Shown here: piece by piece, positions 1 to 9,950 of the stretch
How positions within the stretch are numbered: position 1 is the stretch's first letter
How the letters are laid out: the number at the start of each line of letters is the position of its first letter
Source of the DNA: Nitrosopumilus sp.
Lineage (GTDB): Archaea; Thermoproteota; Nitrososphaeria; Nitrososphaerales; Nitrosopumilaceae
Reading direction: 5' to 3'
Assembly (NCBI GenBank): GCA_965206745.1
Contig: OZ242220.1
Coordinates: forward strand, 1,376,001 to 1,440,000
Length of the DNA stretch: 64,000 nt
Position numbers and translations under genes: made by a program
Notes under the pieces: generated by a model
What the model saw: the letters and a program-made list of their open reading frames with translations, nothing else
Told to the model about the DNA's origin: nothing
The model's database searches: none

Positions 1-1932
1 GAGAGACTCGCATGGATTACGATGGGCACACCCACAGCATATGATTGCTGTTTTGGTCCAGTTAACGAAAAATTATTTGAAAAGGTGGGAATTGATTCAG
101 ATTCGGAGGTTCTCAGAAGATACTTTACGGAAATTGCAAAGGAGATTGATCACTCTGATGATCTAAACGAGGTAAGGCGTCTTGCAGTAAAGAATGCAGG
201 AATAACAGACGGACAGCTGGACAAGATGATTACTCCGCTTGAGGGAGTCTATCTGATTGCAGATCATTTGAGAACGCTGATTTTTGCAATTACTGATGGC
301 GCTTTGCCAAGCAATGTCGGTGGCGGATACAACCTCAGAATGATTCTCAGACGAATCAATGCGACAGTTGGCAAACTAGACTTGAAGGTCGACATCGATG
401 ATTTGATTGACGCACATGTTGATTATCTCAAAGACACCTATCCAGAACTTGACGAGAAGAGGGAGGATGTCAAGAAGATTCTCAAGATAGAGTCAGGCAG
501 GTATGAAGAGTCCAAAGTCCACATGAAGAAAAAGGCCGAAAAGATTCGTCAAAAGGGCGTGCCAAGTGTCGAGGAACTCATCACCCTGTACGAATCAGAC
601 GGCATCACGCCTGAATATCTCAAAGAGGTTGATGCAATTTCAGAGATTCCCTCATCATTTTATTCAAAGCTGTCTGACTTGCACCAGTCTGAAAAGAGAA
701 AGGAGATTACAAAGTTCCCGCTAGAGCAGCTGCCTGAAACTGAGGCGTTATTCTACAAAGATGACCCGATGGAGTTTGAGGCCAAGGTAATCAAGGTCTT
801 TGATGACCAGGTTGTACTAGATAGAACATCGTTTTATGCCAGGGGCGGTGGACAGGAGCCGGACTTTGGCAGCATTGCAGGGTTCAGCGTGGTTGATGTA
901 GACAAGCACGCAGGCATCATCGTTCACAAGCTTGTAGGAGGAGTGCCAAAAGAGGGAGATACAGTCTCATGTGTAGTGGATCAGACCAGACGGGCAAACA
1001 TTACCAAAAACCACACAAGCACGCACATCCTAAACACATCATCACGAAAAATTTTAGGATCATGGATTTGGCAGCATTCAGCCTTTAAGGATGCTGACCA
1101 TGCAAGATTAGACATCACACACCACTCCTCACTAACTGATGAGCAGGTAAGGCAGATTGAAGATGAGGCCAATACGATGGTCAGGGAGAACTATCCTGTA
1201 AACATAGAGTATTTTGACAGAGGTACTGCCGAGCAAAAGTACGGGTTTAGGATTTATCAAGGCGGCGTAGTCCCGGTTAAATCAGTGCGAATTGTATCAA
1301 TAGAGGACAGGGATATCGAGGCCTGCGGCGGAACGCATGTCAAGAGGACAGGTGACATTGAACTGATCAAGATTACAAAGACAAAAAGAATTCAGGACGG
1401 GGTCGTCCGACTTGAGTTTGTCTCAGGACCGACTGCATTTGATTATGTGAAACTGCAAGAAGAGAGTTCAAAGAGGCAAGCCAGAGAGCAGGTTGCAAAG
1501 CAGGCATTGGAAAGACAGAGAGAGGCAGACAAGCAGAAAGCTAAAGAACACATCCCAATACTATTGGAGAGGATTCTGTCCGGGGAATCAGGGGAATTAG
1601 ATGAAATTACAGTCAATGACAAGATCTGCTTTACTGCCAGTTCAAATTATCAGGATTATTTCCATCAAAACTTTGGCAAGAAACTAGTGGCCAAAGATGG
1701 CAAGGCTGCCTTTTGTGGAATTTTTGAGTCAGGACCAACTGTAAGGATAGTGGTGTATGCCGGAGGGGAATCAGGCGTAGATTCAGGACAGATAGCAAAG
1801 GAGATAGCCTCAATTTTAGGCGGTTCAGGCGGCGGGGATGCCAGATTTGCCCAAGGCGGTGGAAAAGACACATCTAAAAAAGACGAGGCAATAGCCAAAG
1901 CAAAATCAATGATTTTAGGATCGACACTATGA
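1..1932 (+). CDS. alaS: Alanine--tRNA ligase (5' part outside the window)
   Basis: Frame is open from base 1. Motifs ADHLRT, FYARGGGQ, editing HxxxH (NHTSTH) and ACGGTHV, plus a C-terminal GGSGGG DHHA1 domain. Confidence 0.97.
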   Translation, partial: ERLAWITMGTPTAYDCCFGPVNEKLFEKVGIDSDSEVLRRYFTEIAKEIDHSDDLNEVRRLAVKNAGITDGQLDKMITPLEGVYLIADHLRTLIFAITDGALPSNVGGGYNLRMILRRINATVGKLDLKVDIDDLIDAHVDYLKDTYPELDEKREDVKKILKIESGRYEESKVHMKKKAEKIRQKGVPSVEELITLYESDGITPEYLKEVDAISEIPSSFYSKLSDLHQSEKRKEITKFPLEQLPETEALFYKDDPMEFEAKVIKVFDDQVVLDRTSFYARGGGQEPDFGSIAGFSVVDVDKHAGIIVHKLVGGVPKEGDTVSCVVDQTRRANITKNHTSTHILNTSSRKILGSWIWQHSAFKDADHARLDITHHSSLTDEQVRQIEDEANTMVRENYPVNIEYFDRGTAEQKYGFRIYQGGVVPVKSVRIVSIEDRDIEACGGTHVKRTGDIELIKITKTKRIQDGVVRLEFVSGPTAFDYVKLQEESSKRQAREQVAKQALERQREADKQKAKEHIPILLERILSGESGELDEITVNDKICFTASSNYQDYFHQNFGKKLVAKDGKAAFCGIFESGPTVRIVVYAGGESGVDSGQIAKEIASILGGSGGGDARFAQGGGKDTSKKDEAIAKAKSMILGSTL

Positions 1933-4799
1933 CAGTTAACTGGAACAAGATAGAGACAAAATGGCAAAACAGGTGGGCCGAATCAAAAGACTTTGAGACA
2001 AATCCAAATGAAAAGCCAAAAAAATTCATCACGGTGGCATACCCGTATCCAAACTCGCCGCAACATATCGGGCACGGCAGAACATACACGCTGGCTGATG
2101 TTCACTCGAGATACTACAGAATGCAAGGGTACAACGTGCTGTTCCCAATGGGATTCCACTATACTGGAACGCCGATACTTGGAATGGCAAAAAGGATTCA
2201 GGCAGGAGAGAAGGACATTCTTGACGGGCTGCGAAACATCTACAACGTCCCAGAAGAGGACATCAAGACATTTGTTGAGCCGATAAAGATAGCAGACTAT
2301 TTTCATCAGGAGATCAAATCAGGAATGATAGAGATGGGATACTCTATTGATTGGCGCAGAGAATTTACAACCATAGTTCCAGGATATCAGAAATTTATCG
2401 AATGGCAGATTACGGTACTCAAAGAAAACAACAGGATCATTCAGGGAAGTCATCCGGTTGGATGGTGTCCCAAGGATCAAAACCCGGTATCACAGCACGA
2501 TACGATGGGGGACGTCGAGCCAAAGATTGATGATAAAAACTTCCTAGTCAAATTCAAGTTGGGCGAGTTTGTTTTCCCGGTTACAACATTAAGGCCTGAA
2601 ACAATTTTTGGAGTTACGAATTTGTGGGCCAATCCAAATACAGTTTACAAAAAGGTTGCAGTGGATGATCAGACATGGATAGTTTCTCAAGAATGTGCAC
2701 GCAAGATGGAGTTCTTTGAAAAAGAGGTTTCGATAATTGGGGATATTTCAGGAACTGAATTGGTTGGAAAGATGGCCATTCTGCCACACAAAGGTGACAA
2801 AGTTCCAGTCTTGCCAGCTGATTTTGTAGAGCCTGGCATGGGCACAGGATTGGTAATGTCAGTTCCGGCTCATGCTCCAAAAGACTACCAGGCGCTGATG
2901 GATTTGAAGGCGGCAAACCACGAATTGGCCTCAAAGATTGAGCCTGTACCCATCATGGTCACTCAGGGATATGATGCCATTCCAGCAAGACAGATTTGTC
3001 AAAGACTAGGGGTATCAGACCAGTCTGATTCCAAATTAGAAGAGGCCACAAAGGAGCTGTATCTCAAAGAGTTCACAGATGGAAGACTAAATGAAAGATG
3101 TGGCAAGTTCAGCAACGAGAAAGTCCAGTTTGGACGGGACAAGGTAAGGGCGTGGCTGGAGGAGGGAGGTCATTTGGAGAAATTCCCAGTGCTTGAGAAC
3201 GCTCCAGTGCATTGTCGTTGTGGGGCAGAGTGTGTTGTCAAAATATTGAACAATCAATGGTTCCTCAATTATGGGGATAAAGAGTGGAAAGAACTAGCTC
3301 GCAACTGTTTTGATGGGATGAACATCCTGCCAAATAACATCAAGACAGAGTTCAAAGAGGTAATTGATTGGCTGCATGAGCGGGCTTGCGCAAGACAGCA
3401 AGGATTGGGAACCAAGCTGCCTTGGGACAAGGATTGGATTGTGGAGTCACTTTCTGATAGCGTGATTTACATGGCATACTATACTATTTCACGATTTGTA
3501 AATGATGGAACTGTACAGCCTGAGAATCTTACCAAAGAGTTCTTTGATTATGTTTTGCTAGACAAGGGAGACGTGTCATCGGCTGCAAAGACCTGCAAAC
3601 TTTCTGAGGAGATCATCAGTACGATGAAGAAGGAATTTGCTTACTTTTATCCAGTTGATTCAAGGCATTCAGGCAGGGATTTGGTGCAGAATCACTTGTC
3701 ATTTTTTGTTCTAAACCACGTTGCAATATTTGATAAAAAATTGTGGCCACGGGAAATTGTAGTTAACGGGAGTGTGATGATGGACGGTGCCAAGATGAGC
3801 AAGAGCATGGGAAATATCATACCCTTGCGTACTGCAATCAGAGACCATGGTGCAGACCCCATCAGATTGGCAATCATCTCATCAGCTGAACTGCTCCAAG
3901 ATGCCGATTTTAACATGGAATCAGTGTTTGGAATTCAAAACAAGTTAGAGTCTCTGTTAGAGGAGTGCTCTAGGCTCAAAAAAAGCCCAATATCCAGACT
4001 GCAGGCAGAGGACAGATGGATTTTGTCTAAAACCCAGAACAAGATATCTGAAATCACAAAGGCAGTGGAGAAGATGAGATTACGCGAGGCACTGCATGAT
4101 ATTTTGTTCACGTTTGAGTCGGATTTGAGCTGGTATGTAAAAAGAACACAGGCCAAAGGAAGAGATGACATCTCAGGGATACTATACCAGATAAACTCGG
4201 CTCGTGTTGCAATGCTGTCTCCATTTGCACCGCACATAGCTGAGGAGATGTGGGAGAGGATTGGGGGAACCGGTTTGGTCTCAAAATCACAGTGGCCGCA
4301 GTATTCCATAAAAGATGTTGATGCCGCATCAATCCAATCCGAGGAGCTACTCAAATCAACCATAGGGGATATTGCAAAGATTCTCAAGGTAACCAAGATG
4401 ACTCCGCAGAAAATTATAGTTTATGTTAATTCTGATGAATTAAAATCAACAGTGTATCGCAAGATACTTGGCATGATGGTGGGTGGCCAGAACAACATGG
4501 GGGTCATAATGAAGGAGATCATTGCAGATCCTCAGACTGCAGAGGCCAAGAAAATGCCAGACTATGTACAGAAAGTAATCAAGGATTTGCATTCAGAGTC
4601 TGAGGATATCAAAACCATGAAATTAGAAGTAAAAGAGTTTGATGAAAAAGAATTTCTCTCCAGGGAATTGCCTGCAATTGGCAAGAAAGAGTTTGGCGTA
4701 GAGATTTCAGTGTATTCTGAATCAGATAAAGACATCTATGATCCAAAAGGAAAAGCTAGGCATGCAAGACCGTTCAAACCGGGAATTTTAGTAGAATAG
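1929..4799 (+). CDS. leuS: Leucine--tRNA ligase (archaeal type)
   Basis: HIGH and KMSKS motifs, CP1 editing TTLRPET and GTG motifs. ATGA overlap with the alaS stop. Confidence 0.97.
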   Translation: MTVNWNKIETKWQNRWAESKDFETNPNEKPKKFITVAYPYPNSPQHIGHGRTYTLADVHSRYYRMQGYNVLFPMGFHYTGTPILGMAKRIQAGEKDILDGLRNIYNVPEEDIKTFVEPIKIADYFHQEIKSGMIEMGYSIDWRREFTTIVPGYQKFIEWQITVLKENNRIIQGSHPVGWCPKDQNPVSQHDTMGDVEPKIDDKNFLVKFKLGEFVFPVTTLRPETIFGVTNLWANPNTVYKKVAVDDQTWIVSQECARKMEFFEKEVSIIGDISGTELVGKMAILPHKGDKVPVLPADFVEPGMGTGLVMSVPAHAPKDYQALMDLKAANHELASKIEPVPIMVTQGYDAIPARQICQRLGVSDQSDSKLEEATKELYLKEFTDGRLNERCGKFSNEKVQFGRDKVRAWLEEGGHLEKFPVLENAPVHCRCGAECVVKILNNQWFLNYGDKEWKELARNCFDGMNILPNNIKTEFKEVIDWLHERACARQQGLGTKLPWDKDWIVESLSDSVIYMAYYTISRFVNDGTVQPENLTKEFFDYVLLDKGDVSSAAKTCKLSEEIISTMKKEFAYFYPVDSRHSGRDLVQNHLSFFVLNHVAIFDKKLWPREIVVNGSVMMDGAKMSKSMGNIIPLRTAIRDHGADPIRLAIISSAELLQDADFNMESVFGIQNKLESLLEECSRLKKSPISRLQAEDRWILSKTQNKISEITKAVEKMRLREALHDILFTFESDLSWYVKRTQAKGRDDISGILYQINSARVAMLSPFAPHIAEEMWERIGGTGLVSKSQWPQYSIKDVDAASIQSEELLKSTIGDIAKILKVTKMTPQKIIVYVNSDELKSTVYRKILGMMVGGQNNMGVIMKEIIADPQTAEAKKMPDYVQKVIKDLHSESEDIKTMKLEVKEFDEKEFLSRELPAIGKKEFGVEISVYSESDKDIYDPKGKARHARPFKPGILVE

Positions 4800-5306
4800 G
4801 ACTCGGGTCACAAAGGATAATCATTGTTCTTGATCAGAGCAGCCAGATGTAAAACAAGGCAGTCATCTGTGTCTGAGAGTATTATCAACTTGAGAAGATC
4901 GGAAGGCAAAGAGAACACTAATCGAAATGATCACCAAAAGAACAGTTCAAATCAAAAACAATATCCTAGGTACATTGTTGAAAATATTCGTGCCTAGTTT
5001 TTTCAGTAGCTAACCTCAGATAGGATATAGATATTCAATATTTGATTAAATCTCAAATGACCCGCACCTAGAAATCATCTAGATTTCACTCATCCACATC
5101 AGATCCTCTTGATCAATGAATTGCACGTAACTGTGACAAATCTCCAATTTGTTGATTGAAGAGAACAGGTAAAGAACAATCAAGTCCGTCAGCAACTTAC
5201 TGTTCAAGAGTCATCTTGTATGCATTATCAATTCCTTTACAGCACGTCTTGGTGGCATCAAATGTATCGATAAAAAAATTGAGAGTCTCAGTAAATGTAA
5301 TGGGAT

Positions 5307-5451
5307 AAAAAAAGGCATGTGAGCTTAAGATCAACTCCAAAAGGACGTTGATGACAGCTCCTCACTTAAGATCAGTAACTGGACGTTATCTGATGAAAGC
5401 GATGTCTTAAGGCTTGAAACTGTTTGTAATCAAACGAAAGACTGCCTCTTC
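5307..5451 (-). ncRNA. Candidate structured ncRNA with three 41-nt-period hairpin modules
   Basis: TTAAATA at 5479-5473 (minus), T7 tract at 5313-5307, terminal stem 5451-5443/5317-5309, and three CUKUC-[23-24 nt hairpin]-CUUAAG modules. No long ORF. Confidence 0.55.
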
Positions 5452-5566
5452 AAACACATTATCCATATTTGATATTTAACTAATACTACTTTTTCATACT
5501 AGCAAAAAATATCAGAGTAAATTTCCAGATAGTGTATTTATTAGGCGTGAATGTTCGCAGAACATC

Positions 5567-6580
5567 TTGAAGATAGCAGTGATGGGAATGGGCGTGGCAG
5601 GATCTTATCTTATGGCCAGATTAAAGAACTCCGAACACAAAGTTGTCGGGTATGAAAGAATGGTTGAAGAGAAGCACGATTCCATTTGCGCATGGGGCAC
5701 AATAAAACCGATTTTAGCAGAGTTTTGTAAAAAGACTGGAAGGGATTTTGACGACTTTTTGATTCATGATGGCAAAAATATGCACGTCAAAATGAATAAT
5801 GATGTAAAATTTGACATCGGGCTAAAGGGACTATGCACGTATGACAAACTAGCGCTGATCAAAGATTTCATCAAGGACTCCGAGGTCGTCTATGGTACTC
5901 CGCCATCAAAAGAGGAACTAGAAAGAGAGTACGACATGATTGTTGATTGTACAGGATTTGGCAGGGCATACTTGCCAAAATTACAGGAGGACTTTTTTTT
6001 ACCAACATACGAATACAAGATAGAGTACGAAGACAAGGTACCGTATGATGACTTTTACATCGAACCGTTTCCCGGCATGTCAGGCTACTTTTGGTATTTC
6101 CCACTAGGCAAAAAATGGGCACATGTCGGAGCAGGCGACTACAACAAGCAACACATGAAGGCAACAGACGAGTTTCTAAAAAAACACGGGGGCAAAGTCA
6201 TCCAGACAAAGGGACGCCCAATCAGATTAGCAACGCCAGACAGATGCAAACCCTACTACTCAGGAAAGGTGGTAGGGGTAGGAGAATCTATAGGAACCGT
6301 TTATGCGTTGCTAGGCGAGGGGATCATCCCATCAATGCAGTGTGTCGAGATATTTTTGGAGAACATGAACGATTTCAAAGCGTATGAAAAGGCAGTAGAA
6401 AAACATTACAAGGTATATGCCAAGGTCTTTAACTTTGTTCGGGCTAAAATCCACAAAGATTTCAATTTCTTCAAAGCGTTGCCAGATTTTATTGCGATAT
6501 TCCGATACATGAAAAAGCATGAAGACAGATTTGGAATGAACATCAAGATTGCAGATCTGATCAAAGTTGCAAAGGCCTAA
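5567..6580 (+). CDS. FAD-dependent oxidoreductase, geranylgeranyl reductase-like
   Basis: N-terminal GxGxxG Rossmann motif (MGMGVAG), GYFWYFP and GE...GEGI motifs typical of the GGR family. Confidence 0.8.
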   Translation: MKIAVMGMGVAGSYLMARLKNSEHKVVGYERMVEEKHDSICAWGTIKPILAEFCKKTGRDFDDFLIHDGKNMHVKMNNDVKFDIGLKGLCTYDKLALIKDFIKDSEVVYGTPPSKEELEREYDMIVDCTGFGRAYLPKLQEDFFLPTYEYKIEYEDKVPYDDFYIEPFPGMSGYFWYFPLGKKWAHVGAGDYNKQHMKATDEFLKKHGGKVIQTKGRPIRLATPDRCKPYYSGKVVGVGESIGTVYALLGEGIIPSMQCVEIFLENMNDFKAYEKAVEKHYKVYAKVFNFVRAKIHKDFNFFKALPDFIAIFRYMKKHEDRFGMNIKIADLIKVAKA

Positions 6581-7281
6581 CTAAAGCTTACAGAGCCAAA
6601 ACCCTCACGGTTTGTCCGATTTGAGGCCATGTTGTAATCGTAAATGGTTTTAGAATAGTCCTGGAATTCGCCTTTCATAGGATCCAAACTCTCTGCAAGG
6701 TAAAACCCAGGACAGTCCCCAGTGAATTGATACGTTGCATGGACTCTGGCCTTGCCTTTCTCATTCTCTAGCCAGCTTGAAAACGGATACAGGTAACACA
6801 CCCCGGGCCTGTCAGGATGCATGCTGCATCCCCCCTTCTCATCTAGAAACCTGCAAGAGATATGGGTGCCATCATCATCCTCAGTTTCATCTGCCTTTCT
6901 TTTTAGATTAATCGTAGTCATTGTCGTTAGCTGTCCGGAGGGACCAGGTTCCTGATAGGTAACTGCAAGTGTCTCATTTTTGATAAAATCCGAAGATTTT
7001 TTGTATTTCAAACCTTTGCCAATTACAATTAGATCATCAGAAGTCAGGGGCAATCTGCCTTGTCTGTCACAACAGTTATGGCAGTCAGGCCAATAGCATT
7101 TCCACAAAATATATTTTTTTTCAGAGTTCAAATATGGAACATGGAAAACCACATCCTTGACTTTGATCAGGTGATCAGAGACGTCTGTAACTTTGCCTAA
7201 CATGAACTTTCTAAGGATCGGATCAACGTCCCAGTCTTTTTCCAACAAATCAAGGGACTCTTCAATCTGGTTTTGAGACAA
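6577..7281 (-). CDS. YkgJ-family cysteine-cluster (CxxCC) protein
   Basis: CYWPDCHNCC, CRFL...C..HPDRPGVCYLYPF and CPG motifs. Confidence 0.8.
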   Translation of the reverse strand: MSQNQIEESLDLLEKDWDVDPILRKFMLGKVTDVSDHLIKVKDVVFHVPYLNSEKKYILWKCYWPDCHNCCDRQGRLPLTSDDLIVIGKGLKYKKSSDFIKNETLAVTYQEPGPSGQLTTMTTINLKRKADETEDDDGTHISCRFLDEKGGCSMHPDRPGVCYLYPFSSWLENEKGKARVHATYQFTGDCPGFYLAESLDPMKGEFQDYSKTIYDYNMASNRTNREGFGSVSFS

Positions 7282-7298
7282 TCAAGTTATAACATCTT

Positions 7299-7634
7299 TT
7301 GCAGATGTTATTAATGTTGAGTGAAAAAGGAAAATATGCCTTAGCTACTGAAAACAGGAGGTTTGTCTGGTCTGAGATCGTCTGGCCTCTAATTTTGGAG
7401 ATCAACGACGTGGCATTTTCTTTGAAACGATTTCAAGAAAAACGTGAAAAAGTCTGTGATGAAAAAAACGTTTCAATCAACATCCCATCAAGGGGGCTAG
7501 TATCGCTGATGCAGAAGGGAATCATCATAAAAGAGGGAAAGGTCTATTCAATTCATTTCAGATTGATCCCATACATGCGACTAAAGGCAGCGTGTGATTA
7601 TGCAACTGCAATTCGCGAAGTCAGACTAAAATGA
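7299..7634 (+). CDS. Hypothetical protein, possibly winged-helix
   Basis: 111-aa ORF. SRGLVSLMQKGII...GKVYSI resembles a wHTH recognition helix and wing. Start uncertain. Confidence 0.6.
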   Translation: MQMLLMLSEKGKYALATENRRFVWSEIVWPLILEINDVAFSLKRFQEKREKVCDEKNVSINIPSRGLVSLMQKGIIIKEGKVYSIHFRLIPYMRLKAACDYATAIREVRLK

Positions 7635-7679
7635 TTACAACAAATGAATATATTCTAAAACATTAAAATCTCTTCAAGT

Positions 7680-7767
7680 AGCCCGATAGTCTAGTGGTCA
7701 AGGATTCTGCCCTCTGGATCTCAAGAGTGGATAGGCGGAGACGGCAGTTCGAATCTGCCTCGGGCTA
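7680..7767 (+). tRNA. tRNA-Gln(CUG) with a 15-nt anticodon-loop intron (~7718-7732)
   Basis: Acceptor AGCCCGA/TCGGGCT (A1-U72), T arm GGCAG-TTCGAAT-CTGCC, anticodon stem CTGCC/GGCGG with CTG at 7714-7716. Confidence 0.92.
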
Positions 7768-7796
7768 CTGGTAAAATATCAACAATTTTGCGAGTC

Positions 7797-8396
7797 TTAT
7801 CTTGATGCTTGTGCGATGCGTTCCAACTCATTCTTTTTCTTTACGGAAGGAGCATTAGGATCATTGGATGCTGCAAGCATGAGCTGCTCAGCCATGTGTT
7901 CCTCAATGGGTTTTGGATTTGAAAAGGTTGCTTCTTTTACAGCATCTGCAATAAACTTTAATGCCAAATCAACTCGCCTGATTGGAGCGACATCGACTGA
8001 TACGTGGTACGTGGTGCCACCATAAACAATTCTAGTCGTATCCTCAGTTGGAGCAGAGAACTCTATTGCTCTGACCAGAACTTCAACAGGGTTTTGTCCG
8101 GTTTTCAATGCAACTATATCAAAAGCAGTTTTTACGGTATTGAGAAGCTTGGTTTTCTTGCCAGTCATTCTACCAGTGTTCTTTGCATACTTTTTTCCAA
8201 AATGCATCGACTTGTTGATTAGTCTCTCAACAATGTTAACTTCGGCTTTATTAAATCGCTTCAGTGCTGAACGGCCATAGGTGTAAGGAAGAATCTGTTT
8301 TCTCAGAGAGATGGCAGTTTTTAATCCCGGATCTCTAACTTCAATATCAGACAAGTCCCACTTTCTAAACAATAGTAAATTCTTAGTTTCTGCCAT
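7797..8396 (-). CDS. rps7: 30S ribosomal protein S7
   Basis: NIVERLIN, VDVAPIRRVD and KKKNELERIAQASR motifs. Follows rps12. Confidence 0.97.
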   Translation of the reverse strand: MAETKNLLLFRKWDLSDIEVRDPGLKTAISLRKQILPYTYGRSALKRFNKAEVNIVERLINKSMHFGKKYAKNTGRMTGKKTKLLNTVKTAFDIVALKTGQNPVEVLVRAIEFSAPTEDTTRIVYGGTTYHVSVDVAPIRRVDLALKFIADAVKEATFSNPKPIEEHMAEQLMLAASNDPNAPSVKKKNELERIAQASR

Positions 8397-8398
8397 GC

Positions 8399-8836
8399 CT
8401 ATCTCCTCGGCTTCTCCTTCTTGCCAATTACCAGCTCATGCAGTGCAGTGCCGTTAACTTTGAAAACTTTGAATCGGACACCAGGAATATCCCCCATTGC
8501 GCCGCCCTGTGTTGCACCCATACCCTGAATGTGGACTTCGTCGTGTTCATCAATGAAGTTCATCGCGCCATCCCTTGGCAAGAATGCAGTTACGGTTTTT
8601 CCATTTTTAATCAATTGCACTCTAACACATTTTCTAATGGCAGAGTTTGGTTGTTTTGCAGCAATACCCACCTTTTCTAGAACAATACCGCGTCCCTGTG
8701 GTGCGCCTCCGAGCGGATCAGATTTTTTATCAATGCCTAATTTTCTTCTTTTGTAAGTTGAGATTGCCCATCTCTGCTTTTTCTTTTTAATCGTAAGAAC
8801 CCTGCCAGCAAACAGTCCAAGAGGTGATTTTCTCAT
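8399..8836 (-). CDS. rps12: 30S ribosomal protein S12
   Basis: [16 protein letters not shown] and [10 protein letters not shown] motifs. Confidence 0.98.
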   Translation of the reverse strand: MRKSPLGLFAGRVLTIKKKKQRWAISTYKRRKLGIDKKSDPLGGAPQGRGIVLEKVGIAAKQPNSAIRKCVRVQLIKNGKTVTAFLPRDGAMNFIDEHDEVHIQGMGATQGGAMGDIPGVRFKVFKVNGTALHELVIGKKEKPRR

Positions 8837-8839
8837 ATC

Positions 8840-9304
8840 CTACATCTCCAGGGTTGCCCGTTCAGGACTATTAATCAGTACGCTGCTAATATCAAAATAT
8901 CGTTTTGCAAGAAGCCTTGCCTTTTCTGCATTTCTGCCTTCCCTTCCCACTACAATTCCTTTCTTTCTTGGGTCTACCATCACTATTGCCTGCTTTGACC
9001 CATCGGCTCGTTTATTTATTTTTACTTCTGAAATTAATTTAGGATTAAGCAGATTAGACAGGAATTTTGCAGGATCCTCATCGAATTCTACCAACTCGAC
9101 ATTTCTCTTGACGATATTCTGCAATGATTTGATATGAATGCCACCTTTGCCAATTGCAAGCCCCATTTTGCCAGTATTGACTACAAAAATTACCCTGTCC
9201 TGTTTCTCATCATCGACACAATCGCGTGCTGTTGCACCAGTGACGCTTTGGAAGAGAGACATCATTCGCATTTGATCAGTTGAGAGCTTGATTGATTGTG
9301 CCAT
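8840..9304 (-). CDS. nusA: Archaeal NusA (two KH domains)
   Basis: GLAIGKGG and GIVVGREG KH loops. Canonical position between rpl30e and rps12. Confidence 0.93.
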   Translation of the reverse strand: MAQSIKLSTDQMRMMSLFQSVTGATARDCVDDEKQDRVIFVVNTGKMGLAIGKGGIHIKSLQNIVKRNVELVEFDEDPAKFLSNLLNPKLISEVKINKRADGSKQAIVMVDPRKKGIVVGREGRNAEKARLLAKRYFDISSVLINSPERATLEM

Positions 9305-9367
9305 TAGAATTCCTTTTTATCTCCAAACAAAAATGTCTCATTTAAACTTACATTATAGAGACTGTAG

Positions 9368-9691
9368 TTAATCATTTTTTTCCTCAGCTTCTGTATCTTT
9401 TAAAATTGATTTGATGCTAGCATCATCGATTGAAGTAAATGAAATCGTCGAAATTCTAAATTGTAAGCCACATAGTCTACCTAATGCGACTGATGTTCCT
9501 TGAAAGTTTACTAGGGGTATTTTTTCTTTTTTTGCATCTGATTCAATTCGCTCAAGCATTTCTTTTTTAATGGATTGAGACAATACAATTAGCTTGGAAT
9601 TTTTTAACGAGTTTAGAACTTGCTTGGTGCCCATTGTCAACTTGTCTTCCTTGCGGGCATCTCGTAGTGATTTTTCAAGTATCTTACTCAT
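9368..9691 (-). CDS. rpl30e: 50S ribosomal protein L30e
   Basis: L7Ae/L30e fold (GTKQV...GTSVALGRLCG) and operon position. Confidence 0.88.
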   Translation of the reverse strand: MSKILEKSLRDARKEDKLTMGTKQVLNSLKNSKLIVLSQSIKKEMLERIESDAKKEKIPLVNFQGTSVALGRLCGLQFRISTISFTSIDDASIKSILKDTEAEEKND

Positions 9692-9950
9692 GTGTTTTCC
9701 TTATGACGATCGTCTTGACAGGGCTTTATAGGTTTATTGAAAAATTAAGCGCATGGCATAGGGGAATCAGTTTAGAGGACCAAAAAGACAACCAACAAAG
9801 TACATTCCAGTTATGCCTACATGTGGAGAGGCCGGAACCACACTAGTTTAGCAGGCTGGTAAAAGTGCAACTTGACAGTGTACCCAATGCATATCCTAAA
9901 ACGCCGGTAAAAGCGCAAATTTCTGTTTAATAGTCACAAAGTTATTCCTT

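Noticed and set aside
5372-5426. Hammerhead ribozyme-like core on plus (CTGATGA-AAGC...GCTT-GAAAC)
   Set aside because: Stem II and a 4-bp stem III can be drawn, but stem I cannot form in register after the GUA site. Promoter, terminator and G-U pairs point to the minus strand.
5324-5440. CRISPR mini-array
   Set aside because: The constant parts are only 5-6 nt, the variable parts are self-complementary, and there are no cas genes in the window.
5407-5466. 19-aa ORF MDNVFEEAVFRLITNSFKP (minus)
   Set aside because: Its ATG lies only ~7 nt from the TATA box, upstream of the expected transcription start, and it does not explain the repeats.
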